Virus record (IMG/VR): IMGVR_UViG_3300008050_000051
Coordinates: 1-54,209 of that record
Reading direction: 5' to 3' (one strand)
DNA: 54,209 nucleotides
Source: a virus
Taxonomy: Duplodnaviria > Caudoviricetes
Made by a program: the position numbers and the translations under genes. The notes below the pieces were generated by a model. The model had not been told where the DNA came from and ran no database searches. It saw only the letters and a list, made by a program, of their open reading frames with translations. Shown one piece after another: positions 46,735-54,209 of this stretch (its first letter is position 1; the number at the start of each line of letters is the position of its first letter).

Positions 46735-47333
46735 AAAATTTTACAGAAGAATTAGGTATTAACGGACATCTTACCATCATTAAGAAATTTACTGATGGTC
46801 AAGAAGAAGTTGTCTTCGATGACCATAATATTATTGTATCTGGTATGGGAGTAGGACTAACTTATATGTTTACTGGGTCGGGGTCAAACTCAGTTCTTGA
46901 TTATCAGATTGATCGCTTTCAGATCGGGGTTTCAGGACCTCCTGCTGGAGGGGTGACTAGTGCTATTTATGAGCTTTCTGGAGCCCTTGAAGAAGATGAA
47001 TACGGGGCAGGAAGTAATCTCTTTATAAAGAAGGGGTTTCAAATAAAAAACCAAGGTAGTTCTGACACGACTTATGCTGCATTAATTCCAGCTAATAAAA
47101 TAACTAAGATTGGAGATTCCTCTGTTAGGTATACTTTAGTTGTTGATGAGGAAGCTTGTAATGGCCTTGAGAGAGATAGTTTAGAAGCAAATATCAATGA
47201 AGTTGGATTATTAATGAAAAATCCTAAAGGGAGTACGGCAGGAGAGCCTATCCTAGTAGCCTATAGAACTTTTAGTAATATAATGAAGACTGATGATTTC
47301 AGTTTAATTTTTAGATGGACAATTAATTTCTAA
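46731..47333 (+). CDS. baseplate/tail-fibre attachment (collar-like) protein
   Basis: GHLTI...HNIIV...INEVGL...YRTFSNIMKTDDFSLIFRWTINF; ATGA coupling. Confidence 0.6.
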   Translation: MKNFTEELGINGHLTIIKKFTDGQEEVVFDDHNIIVSGMGVGLTYMFTGSGSNSVLDYQIDRFQIGVSGPPAGGVTSAIYELSGALEEDEYGAGSNLFIKKGFQIKNQGSSDTTYAALIPANKITKIGDSSVRYTLVVDEEACNGLERDSLEANINEVGLLMKNPKGSTAGEPILVAYRTFSNIMKTDDFSLIFRWTINF

Positions 47334-50300
47334 TGCCTTTTAATAGAAACGATATTTATACCAGTAGCGGTAATGTTATGCTATTTAACGCTTGGACTCC
47401 ATATGTCTCCAAGTATGATACCAGCTCGTTTTACAATTGGGAGCAAGATAATTTACCTTTGTATGACCTTGAGGAGCGTACTTATGAGCTTTGGGAACAG
47501 CAAGGTTTTACCACTTCGGCTGGAGTCCCAGGGCTTGCACTAACTGTCTCTGCTGATACTCCCACTGCAACTTTAGCTGCTAATAATAATATATTTACAG
47601 ATCTAAGCTCTTGTATAGCTGCGATCCCTAAGGTGGTTAGGTTTCCTGTACTAATTGAAGTAGGAAATTTTGGAGATCTTGGAAAATTAGAGCTACATAA
47701 TTTCCGAATTGAGGAGGAGGGGTCTATTGAGATTATTAATAGAGGGTTCAGCAGAGCCTATAATGCTTCTGCTTATGTTCAGACTTCCGAGACAAGCCCT
47801 CAATACAATTCCTCTCATGATTTAGTAAAACAAGTATCGAGTATAGATTTAAGTTCTACTCTTACTGATACGTCTTGTATTCATATTTCAACTACTGTGT
47901 TGAGTGCAGCAGGAGACACTAGGGTTCCTAATAACGTGAACACAGCTTTCTACCCAAGGCACAATTTTAGGGAAGCCCCGCTCTCTATTTCTATAGATAC
48001 AGCAAACTCATTTACGGGGTCGTTGAATGAATTCAGCTCTGATCCTTATGAAGAGAATGCAGGAACATCACCAGACAATACTTTAGGTACTATAGATGTT
48101 AGTGCTACTAACCAAAATACAGACTTAACTATCTATAGGCCAGGGACTGCTACAGGATCTATAGCTACTGCTGCTGTAGGTGGGAACTATTATCTAAACA
48201 AGTGCTCTGAAATCAGCGTTAAGAATTGTGACGGTCCTATTTATATTAGAAACTTCTTTGTTGATGGGGAAACTACTCGCAAGTATGCTATTGAAGTGAT
48301 AAATTCAGATGTGCTTCTTGAAAACTGTGCTGGGGTAAGGGCACAAGAGGCAGGATTTAAATTCAACAACTCCAAAATAACTCTTTCAAGATCTGCTGCT
48401 GCTTATAGAAACTATAAGTTAACAAGTACGACTACTAGGGAAGCTCAAACAGGGTATGGGTTCCATGCAGTTAATAGTGAAGTTCTTGTTAGCTCCCTCC
48501 CAACTGTAGTAGGGACTACTTATGCTGGGGATACAGGAGGTTCGGGGGTTGATTGCACTGTTATTGCTTCTAGAAATTATGCAGGTTTTGTTTTAGATAA
48601 TTCCAAACTAACAGGAGGTGTTCAGAGAGCAGTCGCTACAAATGCTTTGGGTGCTAGTATGGTAGGATCTGAAGTAAATACTGGGTACGGGGTTATTTTA
48701 AATAACTCAGAAATGAATATAAAAGGACTGCTGGATATCTATGGTAACGATAAAGGTATTCAAGCTGATGGATCAAAAGTAGTATTTGAAAATCTATGTA
48801 TTGATGCCCATAGTGGGGAAGCCATTAGATGCAGAAATTCAGCATTTATCTTCGATTCACCAGCCGCACCCACAGCAGCGGGACAACAGGATAGAATGCA
48901 GTTGGATATGTCCGCTAACGCCCAGCATATAGATTTAATGAAAAATAGTTCTTTCGGGTTTAGAAGGAAAAACCATATCCCAGAACTATATGGAAATACA
49001 AAATTCGAAGTTGCTCACGGGGTTTTAAAGTGGGATGGTTCCAATCAGGCTTGGTTACCAGCTTTATCTGTTAATGACAATTCAAATCTTGAGTTACTTC
49101 AAACTAACTTATCTGTTTCTGGTGCTGGGACTGGTAATTTTGATAGAACAAATCCTTCTTATGGAAGAGCAATTAGGGCTACAAAAAATTCTAAAATAAG
49201 TTGTTTCGGATCCAAGACGGGATGCACTTTTATATTTGGGCAAGCTCTTTATTCCCCAAAAATAGCAGGAATTTATGCTAATGAAGGATCTGAAATTAAT
49301 TTTCATGGGCCAACTGCCATAGGTCAATTTGCTGTAGACGTTCTGGTTGAAGATAATTCGGTACTTAATATTGAACCCGCACGAACTAGAGACTCCTTCG
49401 GATTAGAAGTTAGTGGATTTGATTTACAGAATGGGGAAAATCATACTTCTGTCGAGCTTCATTCCACTAGAGCGTGTCTTGTTGCTAATAAAAATTCTGT
49501 TATTAATATGCAAGATCTAGGAGCTTTTCCTGCATACTGGAAAAATACTTCTTTCGGGCAGGAAATGCTCGATGCCGGATTTGATTATACCATAAACACA
49601 TTCGAAACAAGTGCATACACCTCTTCTGGCTCTTTGCAATTTTACCCAAATCCTCAAAATCTAGGAGCTATAAATAATTATAACTTAGACGATCTTGCGA
49701 CAGGAGCTTCATTTAACCCTGCTAATATTCCTGTATTTACAGCTACAGCAGCGTATATCAATAGATTTTTCAAAACTACGGATGCTTTAGGTGGTGGCTC
49801 GCTTGATGATTTAGATTATATCACGCAAGGAGGAGTATGTGTTCGTGCTACAGAAGATAGTGTTGTTAATGTAAAAAATGTTCATTTCCCTGTAGGAACT
49901 AATACTAGCCCTTTAGATGGTTTTTATTACAATGTGAGTGGCTCTGATTGTGATAAACTAATGATTTGGAATATTGCAGATTCATCTAGACTTAATGCTT
50001 CCTTCCTTTCAGTGAGTGGTATGTGGCCTGGAAGTACTCAATATCACGGGCCTAGTGCTCTTTGGGCATCCTCTGTGGACGGGACTAATGCAGGGAATGC
50101 TTATGACAGTATAGCTTCTGGGGCTCCTGAAAACACCCCTGATACTGGATCCTTAAGTATTTTGGATGCTTTCGGAGCAGGAAGTTCAGTTTGGGTTATT
50201 CCTTCTGGGGTTAGTTTCGCAAGTCCTTTTGATGCTTTCTACCCTGTCTCAGGTCTTGTGAATGACGTAACTGCGAGAGCCCTAGAACAGGCTGGAATTA

Positions 50301-50893
50301 ATGTTAGTGGTACTAAAACATATAAGTGGGGCGCAGGCCCTCATGCTAGTAAAAACCAAGGGGTTTTTAGGATTTTTTGGACTGCGGCTCCTAGTGCTAA
50401 AGTACTTCAGAATGATTTAAGTGGTTATTTTAAAGGGGCTTTCCCTAATCCAAATTTTGCTGGAGGAACTTTTTCAGGTGTTGTAGGCCCAGCGTACCAG
50501 CTATTTTCTCAAGGTTATAATTGTTCGGCTCCTCTTTCAGCTATTCTTGCTGAGTCAGGGGATAATCTTAGCGGGACGTACCCTGATCTATTGAAACTTA
50601 GTTATGATTCTAACGGGGACGGAATTGCCGATCAGCTATGGACCTCTGGATTTTATTACTGTTCGGAATTCGTAGAAGATAATCCAACACAATGTATGCT
50701 AGACGAGTCTGCTGCGAAAACTTTTGCTAATTCCCAGAATGCGAGTGTTGGCAAAGCTGGAAGACCACAAAAAGTAACACTTTATAGATCTAGAGGAACT
50801 TCTGATAGAGGATCAGAGGCGTATCAAGGGGACGCATCGGGAAGTATAGGATTTAAATCCGCAGGAATTTTTGATCTTTCGAGGGATAACTAA
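47333..50893 (+). CDS. tail spike/fibre protein with probable beta-helix
   Basis: 1186 aa; repeated G-hydrophobic...NS strands; N-terminal YNWEQDNLPLYDL. Confidence 0.6.
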   Translation: MPFNRNDIYTSSGNVMLFNAWTPYVSKYDTSSFYNWEQDNLPLYDLEERTYELWEQQGFTTSAGVPGLALTVSADTPTATLAANNNIFTDLSSCIAAIPKVVRFPVLIEVGNFGDLGKLELHNFRIEEEGSIEIINRGFSRAYNASAYVQTSETSPQYNSSHDLVKQVSSIDLSSTLTDTSCIHISTTVLSAAGDTRVPNNVNTAFYPRHNFREAPLSISIDTANSFTGSLNEFSSDPYEENAGTSPDNTLGTIDVSATNQNTDLTIYRPGTATGSIATAAVGGNYYLNKCSEISVKNCDGPIYIRNFFVDGETTRKYAIEVINSDVLLENCAGVRAQEAGFKFNNSKITLSRSAAAYRNYKLTSTTTREAQTGYGFHAVNSEVLVSSLPTVVGTTYAGDTGGSGVDCTVIASRNYAGFVLDNSKLTGGVQRAVATNALGASMVGSEVNTGYGVILNNSEMNIKGLLDIYGNDKGIQADGSKVVFENLCIDAHSGEAIRCRNSAFIFDSPAAPTAAGQQDRMQLDMSANAQHIDLMKNSSFGFRRKNHIPELYGNTKFEVAHGVLKWDGSNQAWLPALSVNDNSNLELLQTNLSVSGAGTGNFDRTNPSYGRAIRATKNSKISCFGSKTGCTFIFGQALYSPKIAGIYANEGSEINFHGPTAIGQFAVDVLVEDNSVLNIEPARTRDSFGLEVSGFDLQNGENHTSVELHSTRACLVANKNSVINMQDLGAFPAYWKNTSFGQEMLDAGFDYTINTFETSAYTSSGSLQFYPNPQNLGAINNYNLDDLATGASFNPANIPVFTATAAYINRFFKTTDALGGGSLDDLDYITQGGVCVRATEDSVVNVKNVHFPVGTNTSPLDGFYYNVSGSDCDKLMIWNIADSSRLNASFLSVSGMWPGSTQYHGPSALWASSVDGTNAGNAYDSIASGAPENTPDTGSLSILDAFGAGSSVWVIPSGVSFASPFDAFYPVSGLVNDVTARALEQAGINVSGTKTYKWGAGPHASKNQGVFRIFWTAAPSAKVLQNDLSGYFKGAFPNPNFAGGTFSGVVGPAYQLFSQGYNCSAPLSAILAESGDNLSGTYPDLLKLSYDSNGDGIADQLWTSGFYYCSEFVEDNPTQCMLDESAAKTFANSQNASVGKAGRPQKVTLYRSRGTSDRGSEAYQGDASGSIGFKSAGIFDLSRDN

Positions 50894-53418
50894 TGGCAGA
50901 ACAAGTATACAAAGATAGTAACTATAGGTTTACAGAACCTATTAGATTTTTTAAAGCTAATGATCCTTATTACTTTGAGGTAGATAATATCCCTCTCAAG
51001 CAACTACAAGAAAACTGTTTGTGGTTGAAAGATCAGGTTCGTAAAGATGCAGATAAACTATTAGGTGTAAAGCGCAGTGATTTAGACGAACTAAGACCTT
51101 ATGCTACTGGTGGAGACCGAGTTGTTAGGGTTAAGCCTGGAAGATATTCGGCTAGAGTAAACGATGCATCTCAAAAAACTCCATTAGCTTACCTAACAAA
51201 AGTTATGGGGGAAGCTATTGGAGATGTAGATGCATGGTCAACAGCACTCCCTAACCCTGGAGTTTACCCAGATGGGAAGAATGCTGTCCTTCAGGCTGCT
51301 TTGGATACATTCAAAACTAACTTAGCAAACGGGCAAAATGCAATGGGTATGACAGGCTTGGCTGAAAGAGCATTTACTTGGCCTGTTGTAAATTCAGATA
51401 CTCCTATTGATTTTAACGGGGTTGATTTAGAGGGAATGTCTTACGGAGGACCTGATATAAATATCCCAGGAGGCGGGGCTTGGTACTCACCCATGGTTAT
51501 TACACAAGCTCTTACTTGGGCCAAGTCTCAAAATTCCACTGCTGATGCATATGCTCTTCCTAGTTTTGAGACCACTAATCCAACTAATGGTTGGGCTAAG
51601 TTTCCTAGAACGGAAAGTTACTTTATTAAAAAATGGCGAGGAATTTCTAGATTAGCAATTGTTGATGTAGATGATGAAATTACCATAGAAGTTCCTCAGT
51701 TTGATGCAGATGATTTTTCTTATACTGATTCTACTGGAGAAATTGCTAAAGTTAGTAATGTTACTAGCAGGGTTGATTTAGTATTTATTTATAGTAAACC
51801 AATAGATGCAAGTTCTGCTACCATTCTTAAGCCTGATGGGAAGCATACCATAACAAAGCCAGCATTAGGCATTGTAAGGGGAGCAGGAATCAGAACTAAT
51901 TTTAAAGAAACAACTGATTTTACTAAGGACTACATTAGTGATTTGGGATCTGAGAATAAAATTCTAGCCCACCCTGATGATCAGTATAATGATAACATGG
52001 GATTTACTTCTACTTCTGCTAACGACATAGCTGAAAGTGTTAGAGGATCCTTTCCTGCTCCAGATGATATTATTAACCTAGCCCCTCTAATTTCTGAAAA
52101 GCTGGAAGATAATGCTTACGAGCTAATCGGGCAATCAATTCTTCCTATTGCTTATATCTGGGTTCAAGATGGGAGCCAAGTAGTTTTAAGCACGGATGTT
52201 ATAGATATTAGGCCCATGTTCAGAACTGCGGAGTTAGCATACAACGAGAGGGCTGGTATTGGGGCTGCTTTCCCGCAATTATCTCTTGCTAATCCTGCGG
52301 TAGGTAAAGGCCAATTAGATTATGAACTTAAACGAGTTTATGATAACTTAAAAGGGCAGGTAGATATTTTATCTGACCAAGGTAGTCCTTCTCAGGTCTC
52401 TATGAATACACTAGCCACTGGCTACGTTTTCGGAGGATGGAATTTTGGTCCTGAAGGCGCACTGTATCATTATTACCAAGCCGTTTTCGCAGATGACGGA
52501 GGAACTAATAACCCAAACGATACAGATGCATATATTAAACAATATGTTAGGGGTAAGTACGGAATTGGAAGCACTACTGCACAGATAAATGTTCCTACCT
52601 ATCCAGATTGGGATTTAGCCCAATGGTGTATTGAGCAGGATATTGATTCCAAAGGATTATACCCTAATGATTACATAAACACGTTTATCTCAACAGCAGA
52701 GTATACAAATGATACTGATGCCCCAGGGTCTGATCCCTCTATTGTGGCAGGAAGCAATAGTCAATTAACTAATGCTGACGGTACTACGACTGGGGGAGGA
52801 GACCCACAAGCACTTAGGAACTTTAATAACACTCAAGTAAACGTAGCTGCGGGAATGATTTCCAAAGTAAATTTTAATTATGTTGCAAAAAAGATTAAGT
52901 TCAATAGACCAGAATGGTTAGCCGATTATAAGGTAGATGTTGATTTGGTAAATTGTTTAGCTGAGAATAATAGAGGAGCTTTTGTAGTTGATGAGGCAGG
53001 CAGTTACTTTGGACATTGGGTAGAAAAAGGTTTTGATGAGTTTACTATATATGTTGCTTTTGTTGCAAACTCAAACAATAATAGAAATGGAACCCAAAAG
53101 CCTGGGCTTCCTGCACCTCATAGTTTAACTTATACCTCTAGCGGTAAAAAGAAAAAAACTACAAGTACTATCACGGTATCTGAACGAGATGGGGGAAGGT
53201 TTAGCGGCTTCATTGTCCCTGTAGGAGATTTATTATATTCTAATACTAGCCCTTTGAGCCAAAGTCAGCGAGGTGGGTATGTTGGAAATCCAAGAGTTGG
53301 AAAATGTACTTACCCAACTGTTATGTGGAGTATGGTAGGAGTTCCATTACCAGATGCCCCATTCTTATACGGAAATCTAAATGGGACTAATCCTACTATT
53401 ACACTAAAAAGTACCTAA
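50893..53418 (+). CDS. tail-associated structural protein
   Basis: N-terminal YYFEVDNIPLKQL resembles the previous gene's N-terminus. Confidence 0.6.
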   Translation: MAEQVYKDSNYRFTEPIRFFKANDPYYFEVDNIPLKQLQENCLWLKDQVRKDADKLLGVKRSDLDELRPYATGGDRVVRVKPGRYSARVNDASQKTPLAYLTKVMGEAIGDVDAWSTALPNPGVYPDGKNAVLQAALDTFKTNLANGQNAMGMTGLAERAFTWPVVNSDTPIDFNGVDLEGMSYGGPDINIPGGGAWYSPMVITQALTWAKSQNSTADAYALPSFETTNPTNGWAKFPRTESYFIKKWRGISRLAIVDVDDEITIEVPQFDADDFSYTDSTGEIAKVSNVTSRVDLVFIYSKPIDASSATILKPDGKHTITKPALGIVRGAGIRTNFKETTDFTKDYISDLGSENKILAHPDDQYNDNMGFTSTSANDIAESVRGSFPAPDDIINLAPLISEKLEDNAYELIGQSILPIAYIWVQDGSQVVLSTDVIDIRPMFRTAELAYNERAGIGAAFPQLSLANPAVGKGQLDYELKRVYDNLKGQVDILSDQGSPSQVSMNTLATGYVFGGWNFGPEGALYHYYQAVFADDGGTNNPNDTDAYIKQYVRGKYGIGSTTAQINVPTYPDWDLAQWCIEQDIDSKGLYPNDYINTFISTAEYTNDTDAPGSDPSIVAGSNSQLTNADGTTTGGGDPQALRNFNNTQVNVAAGMISKVNFNYVAKKIKFNRPEWLADYKVDVDLVNCLAENNRGAFVVDEAGSYFGHWVEKGFDEFTIYVAFVANSNNNRNGTQKPGLPAPHSLTYTSSGKKKKTTSTITVSERDGGRFSGFIVPVGDLLYSNTSPLSQSQRGGYVGNPRVGKCTYPTVMWSMVGVPLPDAPFLYGNLNGTNPTITLKST

Positions 53419-53421
53419 TTT

Positions 53422-54209
53422 ATGGTAATTGGAGATCCCACATTCGGTTGCGGGACCTTTCTCCCAGGAGTGGGTCCTGGTAGCTTCCCAGATTTTGAAG
53501 GAGGGGGGACCATTGATGGTGGTGGGGGGGATGACCCCCCTGATCCTCCTGATCCTCCTGATCCTCCTGGGGATATACCTCCTATAATTAAAGACCCAGG
53601 TGGAGGAGACGGTCCTGGCCCAAGCGTGACTGACCCAGCCCCAGGGACTCCAGGGGATCCAGGGGGAGGGGGAGGAGGAGACCCAGGAGGTGGGCCTACC
53701 ACTCCAGGCCCTACAGGCCCGTCTGCGCCTGCTGGAAGTGCGCCTTCTTGTAAATGTATTTATGATCCTGTTCCAGTTATTACTGCATACAATAGTGGTG
53801 TAGAGGCGGGATGCACTGTCTACGAGGCAGTATTTGTGGGTCACTGCACTAAGACTGCAAGCGATTCTCCTCCTTCTGAGCCTTGGGTAACATTTGTAGC
53901 CGATTTAGAAGCTGATGACAATAATGAAAATGTAAGAACTGAAACTGGGCCAACAAATCTTCCTCAGTGTGGGCAAACGGATCCTCCAGGATGTGGGGGT
54001 AACTGTCCAGAAGTTTCTGTATCTTGGAAAGTGTGTGACCCTCCTGAAGACGTTTATCCTATTCCTGAGGATGAGCCCGACGATAGCCCTGGTACACTCC
54101 CTACAGGAGAGGGCACTCCAGGGACTCCAAACCCTCCTCCAGGAGGCCCTGGGGGAGGTTTTCCTGGTGGAGGTCCTTCAACGCCTGGAGGCCCTACAGG
54201 CCCGTCTGC
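53422..54209 (+). CDS. Pro/Gly-rich, Cys-containing protein (partial, runs off window)
   Basis: ATG 53422: MVIGDPTFGCGTFLPGVGPGSFPDFEGGGTIDGGGGDDPPDPPDPP...; 21-bp repeat at 53706 and 54189; missing from the track because it has no stop. Confidence 0.7.
   Translation, partial: MVIGDPTFGCGTFLPGVGPGSFPDFEGGGTIDGGGGDDPPDPPDPPDPPGDIPPIIKDPGGGDGPGPSVTDPAPGTPGDPGGGGGGDPGGGPTTPGPTGPSAPAGSAPSCKCIYDPVPVITAYNSGVEAGCTVYEAVFVGHCTKTASDSPPSEPWVTFVADLEADDNNENVRTETGPTNLPQCGQTDPPGCGGNCPEVSVSWKVCDPPEDVYPIPEDEPDDSPGTLPTGEGTPGTPNPPPGGPGGGFPGGGPSTPGGPTGPS

Noticed and set aside
53404-53844. Minus-strand ORFs 53404..53844 and 53415..53702
   Set aside because: Antisense shadows of the plus-strand Pro/Gly-rich gene
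1-54209. Alternative genetic code (stop-codon reassignment)
   Set aside because: Long intact ORFs and dense packing under the standard code; TAA, TAG and TGA all end genes

Overview
This window is part of a large tailed dsDNA phage genome with T4-like (myovirus) virion genes, read in the standard genetic code. (1) 1-4437: plus-strand small accessory genes, including a sigma70-like factor, DUF4406, a lipoprotein, a SET-domain protein and a GNAT acetyltransferase, followed by an AT-rich non-coding stretch with 50-bp-phased repeats. (2) 4875-11580: a minus-strand accessory region. From 5920 to 11579 it is an array of five gene cassettes joined at six identical 27-bp sites, TAAGTGCTTGTCCTGTATAGACTTAGG (TAAGT-N15-ACTTA inverted repeat). 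Each cassette starts with a sigma70-type promoter whose -10 lies 6-7 nt before the ATG (apparently leaderless mRNA), and three of the five end in a shared terminator. Cargo includes a secreted i-type-lysozyme-like protein, an Ala-repeat protein, an 81-nt RNA that is only the tRNA-like domain of tmRNA (G3-U70, CCA, no mRNA-like domain) and an adjacent ~250-nt structured RNA candidate. (3) 11783-54209: late/structural region with large terminase, portal, a tail chaperone pair with a likely -1 frameshift, tape measure, gp53/gp5/gp25/gp6-like baseplate genes and fibre/spike genes. It is interleaved with a glycosyltransferase, a 2OG-Fe(II) oxygenase, a UvsW-like helicase, a primase and a Cas4-like nuclease. 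No major capsid, sheath, integrase or DNA polymerase gene was recognised. All protein calls come from visual motif recognition, not database searches.
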